From assembly GCA_041305185.1 (NCBI GenBank), contig JBFYLW010000003.1:2692-66691 (forward strand): 64,000 nucleotides of DNA, written 5' to 3'. The first letter of the stretch is position 1; each line of letters starts with the position of its first letter. The DNA is from Nanobdellota archaeon. Its GTDB lineage: Archaea; Nanobdellota; Nanobdellia; Woesearchaeales; ARS49. Below the pieces are notes generated by a model, which searched no databases, was not told the origin of the DNA, and saw nothing but the letters and a program-made list of their open reading frames with translations. This document shows positions 37,557-46,976 of the stretch, in pieces. The translations under genes were made by a program, and so were the position numbers.

Positions 37557-38210
37557 TTATGCCGGAACCGGCTCTGGTTTTGGCTCGTATCCTGGGCTGA
37601 AGACGTTTTTCGTCCTGTCTTTGACGCCTGTATAGACGTTTTTCAGGTAGTCTGCCATTTTTGATGTCCAGTGTTTGTAGATGCCTGCTTCTTTCTCGAA
37701 CTTGGTTCGGGCTTCGCTTAGCATTCTTTTTCTTACTATCCTGTTTAATCCCTGGTCTGCAAGTGTTAGTCCTGGTAAGGCTCCGATTGCGCCGCCTGCT
37801 ATGTTTTTTAGCGCGTCGATGTAGTTGCCTGTTTTCAGTCCGTATACAAGGCCGTATGCTTTGTCTGGAATCTGTGCTAGTGCGTAAAGTTTTTTTCCGC
37901 CTATTGCTCCAAAGATGTCTCCTGTGAAAAAAGCCCACGTATCTGCTACGTATCCTATGCCTTTTCCTGCTAGGTGTGCCTTGTGGGTCCATCCGCCAAG
38001 GTATTTTTGGTATCTGTCATAAGTATCATTGACTATTTTGTATAATTCTTCTACTTTCTCAGGGTTTTTTTCAAGGAATTCCTTGACATTTTTTGTTTCT
38101 TTTACAAAGTCAGTTAATTCCTGTCTTGTGCCTGGTATTCTTCTGATGAAGTCTCTTTCGTCTTCTGCTTTTAGTGCTCTGTCTAGTAATCCCATTTTAT
38201 TTGCCTCCAA
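37557..38210 (-). CDS. hypothetical protein
   Basis: 217-aa ORF, Gly-rich middle; no motif. Confidence 0.3.
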   Translation of the reverse strand: MEANKMGLLDRALKAEDERDFIRRIPGTRQELTDFVKETKNVKEFLEKNPEKVEELYKIVNDTYDRYQKYLGGWTHKAHLAGKGIGYVADTWAFFTGDIFGAIGGKKLYALAQIPDKAYGLVYGLKTGNYIDALKNIAGGAIGALPGLTLADQGLNRIVRKRMLSEARTKFEKEAGIYKHWTSKMADYLKNVYTGVKDRTKNVFSPGYEPKPEPVPA

Positions 38211-38583
38211 AATCTTTGAGTTTCAGTGCTGTGTTGAATTCCAGTATTCCGAGCAGTTTTCCTTCTCTTACTACTGGTATTGAGTATGTTCCTATTGATG
38301 CCATTATTTCGAATGCGCGTTCATATGTGTCGTTTTCTATCGATACTGTTTCTATGTTTTTTGTCATGATTTCTTTGGCTTTGGCAACTTTTGGGTCTTT
38401 TTCTTCTGCAATTACTCGGTTGTTTAAATCTACTGTTGAGACTATGCCTACGGGTTTGTCAGTATTGTCCAGTACAAGTATGTGTCTTGTCTGGGTGTCT
38501 CTCATTATTCTTGATACTTCGAGTATTGTGTCATCTTCCCTGCATATTACTGCATCAGTTAGATGTTCCTTCTGGATTTTCAT
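38197..38583 (-). CDS. CBS-domain pair protein
   Basis: Two CBS-like units ('VSRIMRDTQTRHILVLDNTDKPVGIVSTVDL', 'AFEIMASIGTYSIPVVREGKLLGIL'). Confidence 0.65.
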   Translation of the reverse strand: MKIQKEHLTDAVICREDDTILEVSRIMRDTQTRHILVLDNTDKPVGIVSTVDLNNRVIAEEKDPKVAKAKEIMTKNIETVSIENDTYERAFEIMASIGTYSIPVVREGKLLGILEFNTALKLKDFGGK

Positions 38584-39841
38584 TTTTGCCTCCGCTCAGG
38601 TATTGTTTTCCCTTGTTATATAAAGTTTTTACGCCTTTTACTGCTTGTTTCGCGCCATACCATGCTCCTGTTGCTGGCAGGCAGATTAGTTTTGATATTT
38701 GGTCATCTGCAAAGCCCATTCCGGGTATTGATCTTGTTAGTCCTTTGTATGCTAGTACTGCTGCTGCCGCTACCACAAATGGGTTTGTTGCAATGTCTAC
38801 TAAGTTGTAGCCAAGGTCATCTTTCATCGGGACTCCTTCTTTCTTGATTTCGCTTCTTAGCTCTTTGCCTTGTTCTCTGTAAAGTTTCACGTTCTTTTCT
38901 GCTCCTTTTACTTCTTCTTCTCTTATGTTGATTCCTCTTGATTCAAGTTCCATTAGGATGTCTTCTATTTTGTATCCTTTTTTGACCATATCGATTATCT
39001 GCGGGAAGTATGATTCCAGTTTCTTGTTCTGGTCTGCTACCATTGTTTCGTTTTTTCTGAGGAAGTCGCAGAACTCTTTAGTTGTATTTTCACTTAGTTC
39101 TTTTCCATCGTAAAAGTCTTTGATTATGTTGTATATTTCTCCTACAAGTTGATTGTCTTTTCTTGCCTGGTTCAGCATTTCTAGACTGTTCATTCCTCTG
39201 TATTTTTCATATGCTGGATTTTTTATGGCCAGCATGACTTTTATGTATCCTAATGCGACTTGTGAATCTACCCTGTCTATGAATGGTATGTCGTTTCCTA
39301 TTTCCATTAAATTCTTGACCATTCCTCTCATTTGCATGGCTATTCTGTTGCATACTCTTGCATAATTTTCGTTTTCTTTGTAAACGTCTACAAGTTCTTT
39401 TACGAACTCTTTCTTTGAGGAATAGTAGTCTTTGAGTGTTTGTGCTGCTTTGTAGTCTGTTGCGCTTTTTTCTTCCAGTATTTGTATTGCTTCTTCTAGC
39501 TTGATTGCTGCAAGCATTCCTTCTGGTCCGCCTTTTGCCGCGTCTATCATTGTTTTTGTTGCAAACCTGCCGTATTGCATTGCGCTTTTTGCGTGCTTTA
39601 GAGGATCTTTGAATAGTTTGAGGTTCTGGAAAGCCAGTCCTGCTACAAGAATTTCTAATGGTGTTGCTATGACTTGCTTTTTGTTAGGTACTACTGCGTT
39701 AAAAATGTTTGAAACTGTGAAGTTTTTACGTGCATAATCTCGGGCTGCGTTTTTGCATCTCCTGAGTATGCTGTTGTTTTTGGCTTCGTCGTAATTATTT
39801 CCGTTTTTTCCGTAGTCTTTTTTTATAGGTTCGTTAGTCAT
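38555..39841 (-). CDS. hypothetical alpha-helical protein
   Basis: 428-aa intact ORF. Confidence 0.3.
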   Translation of the reverse strand: MTNEPIKKDYGKNGNNYDEAKNNSILRRCKNAARDYARKNFTVSNIFNAVVPNKKQVIATPLEILVAGLAFQNLKLFKDPLKHAKSAMQYGRFATKTMIDAAKGGPEGMLAAIKLEEAIQILEEKSATDYKAAQTLKDYYSSKKEFVKELVDVYKENENYARVCNRIAMQMRGMVKNLMEIGNDIPFIDRVDSQVALGYIKVMLAIKNPAYEKYRGMNSLEMLNQARKDNQLVGEIYNIIKDFYDGKELSENTTKEFCDFLRKNETMVADQNKKLESYFPQIIDMVKKGYKIEDILMELESRGINIREEEVKGAEKNVKLYREQGKELRSEIKKEGVPMKDDLGYNLVDIATNPFVVAAAAVLAYKGLTRSIPGMGFADDQISKLICLPATGAWYGAKQAVKGVKTLYNKGKQYLSGGKNENPEGTSN

Positions 39842-39895
39842 TTTCCATCCCTCGAGAGTATAATATAGACTTTCAAGTATATAAATCTTTCGATT

Positions 39896-40657
39896 TTGTT
39901 ACCACCATATGGTGACTACATAAACAAAAGATTTATAATCTGGAACATCTTCCCTTCTGGTATGTTGTTCGATAAAAGATGGTTTAATCTCAGTCTGTTG
40001 AATATCGCAGCAGCTTTAGCTTTGACAGCTTGTGACAAGCCAGCTCCTTCTTTGGAGTCTAAACTTGCGCCTGTTCAGGTTGAGCAAAAGGCTGAAATTC
40101 CTGAATGGGATAAATACCTCTTGAAGGATTATCGTGAATATAATGCGCTTTTGCCGACGATATTTTAGGAGAGCAAAAGAACTGGTGTTCCTTTGGAGTA
40201 CCTTGCGATTATTTCCTTGACTGAGTCTACTGGCAAAGGTGGTCAGCGTTTTGAGCCTAAATTCAAGCAAAAGTATGTTGACCCTAATATTGATAAGTTT
40301 CTGCCTGTTTTTGATGAATTGAGCAAAAATGATTCTTCTTTATCTTTGGATGTTTTTAGGAAACAGCTTGCTACCAGCACTGGTCCTTTCCAGATTATGT
40401 ACTTGACTGCTGTTGAGCTCGGCTTTAGAGGTTCTTTTGAAGAGTTATCAAATCCCCGGGTTAATGCCAAATGGGCTGCTGAGTATCTTCGCAAGAAGGG
40501 TGTTTCATCTGCCACTTCTTTGAAGTCAGCTTTGACTATATACAATACGGGTTCTCCTAATGGCAAGCCTCATGCTGGTTATCTTGATCGTGCTATGGCT
40601 TACAGGGACCTGTTTTCTGAAGAGCATAGGGATTTGTTCCCTGTAGAAGGCAATTAA
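39896..40657 (+). pseudogene. SLT-like lipoprotein interrupted by in-frame TAG at 40166..40168 (N-part 39896..40168 and C-part 40193..40657 are in the same frame)
   Basis: N-part has lipobox 'ALALTAC'; region spanning the stop 'LLPTIF*ESKRTGVPLEYLAIISLTESTGKGGQRF' aligns colinearly with paralog 'LQHIFNSGVRSGLSSVDLVALCWAASEGKGGFNF'. Confidence 0.45.
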
Positions 40658-40775
40658 CTTATATATTGCAAATAATTCTAAAGTTATCACTATCAAGTTA
40701 CTATAAAAACGAAACATTTAAATACTAAAGAGTCTATTAACCACTGCATAGAGATTACACATCGGGGGTGTGACT

Positions 40776-41366
40776 ATGAAACACTTGTATTTTTTATTGG
40801 TGCTGGCCGTATTCGCAGCTGGTATTGGAATTGGCAGTTTGGTTAGTATCGGACTGTCAGGTGATAATGCTGTTACTTTTGAGACTAATACAGCTACAAG
40901 CCGTGGATTGAGTTTTAATCCTGTGACGCTTGCAGATGCTATCATTCAATCTGAGCCTTTGCAGGCTATTGCTAAACAGCCTGATTATGGTGGTCCTGTT
41001 GAGCGTGATTCTCCTTCTGATTGGGTTGCAGAATCAGAGATTGAGATGAGGCCTGATGGTGTTTTTATCAAGTTCAATAACCCTCAGTGGGCTATCCTTG
41101 CAGATACTAATAGTATGGATCCTGTTTTTGATACAGGTTCACATCTTATTCAAGCTTTTCCGACAAATCCTGAGCAGATTCACGTTGGCGACATTGTAAG
41201 CTACAATTCGCCTGTGGGCTTCACTATTGTCCACCGTGTTATCGAGATAGGCAATGATGAGGAAGGCTGGTATGCTATAATTAAGGGTGATAATAATCCT
41301 ACTCCTGATCCTTGGAAGGTCAGATGGGATATGGTTACTCGTGTTACTGTAGCTGTTATTTATTAA
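40776..41366 (+). CDS. signal peptidase I (S26 family)
   Basis: N-terminal TM; Ser box 'TNSMDPVF', 'GDIVSY', His box 'HRVIE', 'KGDNN' box. Confidence 0.65.
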   Translation: MKHLYFLLVLAVFAAGIGIGSLVSIGLSGDNAVTFETNTATSRGLSFNPVTLADAIIQSEPLQAIAKQPDYGGPVERDSPSDWVAESEIEMRPDGVFIKFNNPQWAILADTNSMDPVFDTGSHLIQAFPTNPEQIHVGDIVSYNSPVGFTIVHRVIEIGNDEEGWYAIIKGDNNPTPDPWKVRWDMVTRVTVAVIY

Positions 41367-41380
41367 TATCTCCACTCCCC

Positions 41381-41432
41381 GACCGTTAATTCTTAACGGC
41401 AGGCGTCCGGCGTCAAGCCGGCGCTTTTTTTT
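41381..41432 (+). terminator. tandem hairpins followed by T8 run (intrinsic-terminator-like)
   Basis: ccgttaa-ttc-ttaacgg perfect hairpin, then GC-rich ggcgtccggcgtcaagccggcgc stem followed by tttttttt. Confidence 0.5.
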
Positions 41433-41487
41433 AAATATATGTTCTGGTGCAATAATGCTTTTTAACTAGTTATTTAGGCTTTGTCTG

Positions 41488-42321
41488 GTGGACAACTTTG
41501 ACTTTGACTGGGTTTACAAGTTTAATTCCTTATTGTTGGAGCGTTTTGGTTTTTCTGACAAAAAGCGCGTTCTGAGTCTTCCAGTCAGCGACTTTTTCGA
41601 TTTCATCAGGCGTTCTGATGAGCTTTTCCTTTCCTCTAGGTTGTGTATTGACAGCATTTCTTCTGTTTCAGGCTCTCTTGTGGATGTTGTCAGTGAGAAT
41701 GGCAAGATTGTTTGTTACGGTATTACGGGTGATGCTCAGGATTTTGACAGGATGGAGATTTCTCCTGAGGGCTTGTTTTATGTTGTTAATCCTAATCCTC
41801 TTATGAGCTATGTTGCCTTGTTCGGTGATGGTCCTGATAAGAAATGCATTTTGTTATATCCTCACGGCTCTTCTTTGATGTCTGACAGGCACAAGGCGCG
41901 TGTTTTGGATGATTTGCTTGTTGAGTCTCATAATGCTCTTGCCTTTGTGACTTTTAATCATTTTTTTAAGGAGTGGGAAAAATATATGAATTTTGATGAA
42001 GTGGCTCTTGACAGGTTTGTTTCCTCGGTTTACCACTTTCTTGAAAGGGATTTTCCTGATCTTGAGATGGATGTCGTGATGGATTCCAGGTCTTATGATG
42101 ATTATGGAGGATCGCACCCTACTGATTTTTTTGTTGCAAACCTATCTTTTTATCATTCTTGTTCTACAGACCGGGAGAGTCTTGTTTCCAGGCTCTCTTC
42201 TGCGATTAAGCGTTATTTTCCTTTTGATGTTGCAATTTACGATTTTGCTTATAACAAGCATGTTACTGAAGCTTCTCTTTTGTTTCTAGTCCCTGAAGAA
42301 ATCTACATTGAGGAACAGTAA
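41488..42321 (+). CDS. hypothetical protein
   Basis: 277-aa intact ORF. Confidence 0.3.
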   Translation: MDNFDFDWVYKFNSLLLERFGFSDKKRVLSLPVSDFFDFIRRSDELFLSSRLCIDSISSVSGSLVDVVSENGKIVCYGITGDAQDFDRMEISPEGLFYVVNPNPLMSYVALFGDGPDKKCILLYPHGSSLMSDRHKARVLDDLLVESHNALAFVTFNHFFKEWEKYMNFDEVALDRFVSSVYHFLERDFPDLEMDVVMDSRSYDDYGGSHPTDFFVANLSFYHSCSTDRESLVSRLSSAIKRYFPFDVAIYDFAYNKHVTEASLLFLVPEEIYIEEQ

Positions 42322-42462
42322 CCTTTAAAAACCCCCTTTGTTGGTTTGCCTGTATTCGGGGTGGTTATAGTGAAAAACGAAATTACAGTGGCAATTATTA
42401 TGGCAATGTTTGCAGCTTTAGCTGTTGGTGTTAGCGCGTTTCTATAATAAGAAATAAAAAAT

Positions 42463-42816
42463 TTATTTACACTCTATAAGCGCTAGTTTTTGCCCTATCT
42501 TGTCCATGTTTTGGGTAAGGACTTTTACTGCTTCTTCTGCAAGGTCGTATTCTTCTGCGAATGTCGCAAGCCAGTTTTTCAGGTCTCTGAGAGCGTTTGA
42601 CACTGGTCTTACTGAATTCGGGTCTGCTCCTTTCGAAGTGCACTTGAGTCCTCTCATGTTGTCGCTTATCTGGTCGAGTTTTTCGTGCAGTTTCTTGACT
42701 GCTTCATCTGGCACGTCATATTCTGTTTTGAAGACTGCCAGCCAGTTTTTTGTGTCTCGTACAGCGTTTTCTGCTGCTGCAACTGTTTCAGGTCTTATTT
42801 TTTCCATCGTGAACAC
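42463..42816 (-). CDS. small protein with internal two-fold repeat
   Basis: 'AVRDTKNWLAVFKTEYDVPDEAVKKLHEKLDQ' repeated as 'ALRDLKNWLATFAEEYDLAEEAVKVLTQNMDK'. Confidence 0.3.
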   Translation of the reverse strand: MFTMEKIRPETVAAAENAVRDTKNWLAVFKTEYDVPDEAVKKLHEKLDQISDNMRGLKCTSKGADPNSVRPVSNALRDLKNWLATFAEEYDLAEEAVKVLTQNMDKIGQKLALIECK

Positions 42817-42899
42817 CTCGTTTGATAGTATTGCTAACTGTTAGGGGTTTAAAAGATTTTAGGTCTTTAATACAATAATTCTTTTAAGCTGGCAGTTTA

Positions 42900-43454
42900 T
42901 TGCTTGTTCAGATGGATGCAGTGAAGCGGTTGGAAGATTATTCCTTGATTGTTGTTAAGCGTGTTGAGCAGTTCGAGATTCCTTCTCATGTTTCTTTTTT
43001 TTATCAGGATGCTGATATTTATGTTGGTCCTAATTCAAGTTCTTCTGTTCATAAGAGGGTTCCGAATGCTGTTGTTGACTTTTTCAGGGCAAATGCAAAA
43101 AAAACTGTTTTTGAGCACGCTGGCTGGGAGTGGGCTATACGTGGTTACGCTGATGCTGGTTTTTACACGCGCACTCAGGACAGGCGTGGGATTATATTTG
43201 ACAAAATTACTCCTTATGTGAGTAGGTTAAAAAGTTTTGAGAAGAAAAAGGTTGCTTTTAACGAAGTGCTTCCTCCTTTTGAGAAGAACTGTTATCGTGA
43301 TAGCGCTTTTGATATTGCTGATACTGGTTTTCACCTTGTTCTTAATGAGCGTGCTGGTCTGGTGAAAATTGTTGTTGCTGAGTTGGATGTTGGTTTTGGA
43401 GTTTTGAGAGATGTTGCTGCTATTGCCAGTTTTGAGTATGAAGGTTCTATTTGA
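42900..43454 (+). CDS. hypothetical protein
   Basis: 184-aa ORF. Confidence 0.3.
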   Translation: MLVQMDAVKRLEDYSLIVVKRVEQFEIPSHVSFFYQDADIYVGPNSSSSVHKRVPNAVVDFFRANAKKTVFEHAGWEWAIRGYADAGFYTRTQDRRGIIFDKITPYVSRLKSFEKKKVAFNEVLPPFEKNCYRDSAFDIADTGFHLVLNERAGLVKIVVAELDVGFGVLRDVAAIASFEYEGSI

Positions 43455-43707
43455 AACTGTAACCGCACGTCTTTTTGGTTATCTGTTCTTCTTCTGTTCT
43501 TGGGTATTTTCTGCAGTTTAACGGTCTTATCGGGTGTATTGAGCAGTATGATTTGCCGTTTTTGTATTTGAGAAAGACGCATTTGTTTGGAAGCTTGCAG
43601 CATTCTCCGCAGTTGTTGCATTGTCCTTGCCTGTTTTTTGCTACTGGGAGTATTGAAGTGATTGTTCTTTTGAGTTTTGCTCTCCAGGTGTTTTTTTCTT
43701 CGTTCAT
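43447..43707 (-). CDS. YkgJ-family CxxCxxCC zinc/iron-sulfur cluster protein
   Basis: '[12 protein letters not shown]' + downstream Cys/His ('[15 protein letters not shown]'). Confidence 0.55.
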   Translation of the reverse strand: MNEEKNTWRAKLKRTITSILPVAKNRQGQCNNCGECCKLPNKCVFLKYKNGKSYCSIHPIRPLNCRKYPRTEEEQITKKTCGYSFK

Positions 43708-44033
43708 GCTAGTTTCAGCCCGTTTGGTACTTTTCTTTCTGGTTGTGCTATGACTACGTCTCCGTTTTCGAGTACGAATCCTGTTGTTAACACCTCAGAT
43801 ATATAATTTCCTATTTGTTTTGGCGGGAAATTTGTTACGCAGATGACCTGCTTTCCTAGTAATTCTTCTTTTTTGTATAGAGTTGTGATTTGTGCGCTGG
43901 ATTTTCTTGTTCCGAATTCTCCGAAATCAATCACTAGTTTGTATGCTGGTTTTTTTGCTTCTGGAAAGTCTTCTATTTTGATTATCGTGCCTACTCTTAT
44001 GTCCACATTTTCGAATTCTTTCCAGGTTATCAT
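43704..44033 (-). CDS. CsaA/Trbp111-like tRNA-binding domain protein
   Basis: '[29 protein letters not shown]...[34 protein letters not shown]' OB-fold tRNA-binding pattern. Confidence 0.7.
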   Translation of the reverse strand: MITWKEFENVDIRVGTIIKIEDFPEAKKPAYKLVIDFGEFGTRKSSAQITTLYKKEELLGKQVICVTNFPPKQIGNYISEVLTTGFVLENGDVVIAQPERKVPNGLKLA

Positions 44034-44117
44034 GTTTTTGGCTTCAATTTAGGTTTTTATAAATTTTGGGGTTTGCTTCCGCACATTTTTTATGTTTATC
44101 GTTTTTCCTTGTGTGTT

Positions 44118-44519
44118 ATGAAAGTGTTTGTTTCGTACAGGTTTACTGGTGAGGGCAAAGAGCATTTGGACAGCATGCCCATGATTTGTGATATTTTGAA
44201 GTCTGCAGGTTATTGTCATTATTGTTCTATTTTTGATTCTGACCAGTTTGAGAGTGAGAAATGGAGTGGTAAAAAAATCATGCAAAAGGCTTTTGCAGAG
44301 ATTGATAGTTCTGATGTTGTGCTGTTCTTTGTTAGAACGCCTGATATCAGCCAGGGTATGCTGGTTGAGCTTGGTTATTCTCTTGCTAAAAAGAAAAAGC
44401 TTGTTTTGCTGATTAAAAATGATATCAAGGTTAGTATTTTCAGGAGGCAGATTGATGATGTTGTGGAATTTGAGGATTTGTCTGACTTGAAAGAAAAGCT
44501 GGTGAATTTGAAGTTATGA
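44118..44519 (+). CDS. TIR-like / nucleoside-2-deoxyribosyltransferase-like fold protein
   Basis: 'MKVFVSYRFTGEGKEHLD' resembles TIR N-terminus (hFISYxxxD); later 'SDVVLFFV' and 'GMLVELGYSLAKKKKLV'; weak. Confidence 0.3.
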   Translation: MKVFVSYRFTGEGKEHLDSMPMICDILKSAGYCHYCSIFDSDQFESEKWSGKKIMQKAFAEIDSSDVVLFFVRTPDISQGMLVELGYSLAKKKKLVLLIKNDIKVSIFRRQIDDVVEFEDLSDLKEKLVNLKL

Positions 44520-44896
44520 ACATTTACGTCTGTGGCAACCCGTTAGTGAAAGAAGACTCTTTGCCTTTGCGTATTCTTCCTGAGCTTAGGAAAAGGTTTC
44601 CTGAAATTAATTTTGTCGAGTTCGAGCCTACTGAAGACCTTCCTGAAGAGGAAAATCTTGTCATTATTGATACAGTGATTAATGCAAAGGACGTTATGCT
44701 TATTGACAACATTGACCAATTCGTTCAAACAAAAGCTCTTTCCCTGCACGATTTTGATTTGGGCTTGAATTTGAAGCTTGCGAAGAAGCTTGGCAAATTA
44801 AAGAGCGTGAAGATTATTGGTGTTCCGGCTAGAATGCCTGAGGGTGCTGTTTTGAGCAGGATTGGTGAACTCTTGAGGGCTCATTCATTTAGTTAA
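44516..44896 (+). CDS. hydrogenase maturation protease (HycI/HyaD family)
   Basis: 'MNIYVCGNPLVKEDSLPLRIL' and 'NLVIIDTV' align with hydrogenase endopeptidase motifs; ATGA-coupled to upstream gene. Confidence 0.6.
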   Translation: MNIYVCGNPLVKEDSLPLRILPELRKRFPEINFVEFEPTEDLPEEENLVIIDTVINAKDVMLIDNIDQFVQTKALSLHDFDLGLNLKLAKKLGKLKSVKIIGVPARMPEGAVLSRIGELLRAHSFS

Positions 44897-44977
44897 ATTT
44901 AAATATTTGAATGTGGTTTTAATGTTTATGTTGAACATAATTTTCAGGATTGTTTATATGCATAAAAGAAAGGGAAA

Positions 44978-45166
44978 ATGAAGATTACTTATTCTGTTTT
45001 GTGGGAGCTTGTTTTGGTGTTCGCCTCTGTGCTTATTTTTAGAAGTGCCTGGATGTTGTTAGATCAAATTTCTGTTTTAAGTACGCCTGCTGTTTTGTTT
45101 TTTTCTTTGATTGTCGGAGTTGTTTTTGGTTCGCTTTCTCTTCACCGGCTTTATGTTATTAAATAG
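44978..45166 (+). CDS. small two-TM membrane protein
   Basis: 62 aa, two hydrophobic helices. Confidence 0.25.
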   Translation: MKITYSVLWELVLVFASVLIFRSAWMLLDQISVLSTPAVLFFSLIVGVVFGSLSLHRLYVIK

Positions 45167-46450
45167 TTATTGCCAGTTTATCTTCAAGAAGTGTGCTGCG
45201 CAGCTCATGCAGGGGTCGTATGCCCTGACTAGTTTCTCTATTTCGAATTGTAGTTTGTCTTTTGGCAAATCTATGTTTGCTTCTATGAGTGCTTTGATAT
45301 CCTGCTCGATATTAATCTGGTTTTGTCCTGTTGGGACTACTATGTCTGCGTGTGTTATTTTGCCGTCTTGCCCTACTTCTGTCAGATAATAAAGCGTTCC
45401 TCTTGGTGCTTCTACCACTCCTACGCCTGTTCCTGCTGTTTTTGGCGCAATGATTTCTTCTTTTTTGAATTTTGTTTTCTTCAGAATTTCTACGCTTGCG
45501 TCTATTGAATGGAGTATTTCTATTGCTTGCGCTAAATTATTGTGGTATATGTTGTTTGATGGGAATATTTCGAGTGCTTTTTTCGCGCTTTTTCTTGTTT
45601 TCTCGTGCAGGTATGCCTCGTTCATGTTGATTCTTGATAGTGCTCCTACGAGGTATGTTTGTCCTTCGAATTTGTATCCTGATGCCTGTGAGTATGGTAT
45701 TACTTTGTGCATTAGGTGTTCTCCGTATTTCTCCCATGGTACGCATTTGTATTTTCCTGTGCATATGTGGTCTCCTGTGTAGAAGTTGAAGTCTGGGCTT
45801 GTCATGCAGACATATTCTGTTTCTGTTGTGAAGTTGAACTTTTCAGGCATGAAAACGTCTATGAGCTCAAGTATGTCTTCTCGTACGTGTTCCAGTTTTT
45901 TTATGACTTCCTTTGTTTGTTCAGGGTCTGGTGTTTGTGTGAACCCTCCTACTATTGGGTATGGTGGGTGTACTGGTTTTCCTGCTATCAGCGTGCTTAG
46001 TGCGTTTCCTGCTGCCTTTACGTCAAAGCATTGGTGTAATAGTTTGTGTTCTTTTTCGTTTTTTTCGTCAAAGTCGAGTATGCTGTCTTTGCCTATTACG
46101 TCTGGCAGTGAGAACATGTATAAGTGTAATGCGTGGTCTCGGATGTACAGGCCGTACATTGCGAGTTTTCTTAATAGTATTGTTTGTTCTGTTGGTTTTA
46201 TTCCTAGTGCATTTTCAACTGCTTGTATGCAGCATATGAGGTGTGCTATGCTGCAGGTTCCGCATATTCTGCACATTAGTTGTGGCGCTCCTATTGCTGG
46301 CTTTCCTCTGATTGCCTGCGTGTAGAATCTTTTGTTTTCAGATATTTTCAGTTGCACGTGTTCTACTTTGTTGTTTCTTACTTTTACGTCTAAATCAGTG
46401 TGTCCTTCTATTTTGCTTAGGTTTTCGATTGTTATGTCGAAGTTGTGCAT
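45167..46450 (-). CDS. [NiFe]-hydrogenase large subunit (group 3-like)
   Basis: N-terminal Ni-binding 'RICGTCSIAH' and C-terminal 'DPCMSCAAH' motifs. Confidence 0.8.
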   Translation of the reverse strand: MHNFDITIENLSKIEGHTDLDVKVRNNKVEHVQLKISENKRFYTQAIRGKPAIGAPQLMCRICGTCSIAHLICCIQAVENALGIKPTEQTILLRKLAMYGLYIRDHALHLYMFSLPDVIGKDSILDFDEKNEKEHKLLHQCFDVKAAGNALSTLIAGKPVHPPYPIVGGFTQTPDPEQTKEVIKKLEHVREDILELIDVFMPEKFNFTTETEYVCMTSPDFNFYTGDHICTGKYKCVPWEKYGEHLMHKVIPYSQASGYKFEGQTYLVGALSRINMNEAYLHEKTRKSAKKALEIFPSNNIYHNNLAQAIEILHSIDASVEILKKTKFKKEEIIAPKTAGTGVGVVEAPRGTLYYLTEVGQDGKITHADIVVPTGQNQINIEQDIKALIEANIDLPKDKLQFEIEKLVRAYDPCMSCAAHFLKINWQ

Positions 46451-46935
46451 CAGTTCACTCCGAAAAGTTTCAAGTATTTGTTGAGTACTTGGAGGAAGTC
46501 TTTTTCATTCATTGGGCATCCTGGAAGGTTGTCGTCGACTTTTATGACGTCTTTTACTGGCAGTACTTTTTCCCGGTGTTTGAATCTTTCTATTATTGGT
46601 GCAATCTCTTTTTTTGTTTCCGGATCAAACAGGTTTCTTTGTGCTGATGGCATTCCTGTTACTGCGCAGCTTCCTGTTGCAACGATATATTTGCTGTTTT
46701 TGCGTATTTCTTTTGCTCTTTCCGCATCTTTGTCTGATGCGATAGCTCCTTCGATGAAAGATACATCGAGATTTTTTAGTTCATTTTTCGATTTTAGGAT
46801 TCTTGCATATGCGAATTCTATTTTTTTGCTCCATTCCTGCCAGTGGTCGTTCATTATTTCCGTCATCATTATGGTGTTGTCTTCACAGCAGGCGAATGTG
46901 AACCATCCTATGCGTAGTTTCTCTTTTTTTGGCAT
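46450..46935 (-). CDS. [NiFe]-hydrogenase small (delta-type) subunit, short form
   Basis: 'FACCEDN', 'ATGSCAVTGM', 'LPGCPMN' Cys motifs for proximal FeS cluster; 1-nt overlap with large subunit. Confidence 0.7.
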   Translation of the reverse strand: MPKKEKLRIGWFTFACCEDNTIMMTEIMNDHWQEWSKKIEFAYARILKSKNELKNLDVSFIEGAIASDKDAERAKEIRKNSKYIVATGSCAVTGMPSAQRNLFDPETKKEIAPIIERFKHREKVLPVKDVIKVDDNLPGCPMNEKDFLQVLNKYLKLFGVN

Positions 46936-46976
46936 GTTTTAAAAAAAAGTATTTGGGTATTTAAATAATGTGTTGT

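Noticed and set aside
37507-37992. 161-aa Arg-rich ORF overlapping 37557..38210 on the same strand
   Set aside because: Alternative frame of a longer intact ORF; composition (R/S/K runs) indicates a spurious frame.
40166-40168. TAG as a genome-wide sense codon (recoding) explaining the interrupted SLT gene
   Set aside because: TAG clearly terminates several well-defined genes in the window (e.g. 4449..5357, 18456..19136), so global reassignment is unlikely; local pseudogene/error/read-through remain possible.
45323-46647. Multiple plus-strand ORFs (e.g. 45786..46325, 46312..46647) opposite the hydrogenase genes
   Set aside because: Cys/Phe/Ser-rich translations with no starts in good context; the minus-strand genes have definitive [NiFe] motifs.
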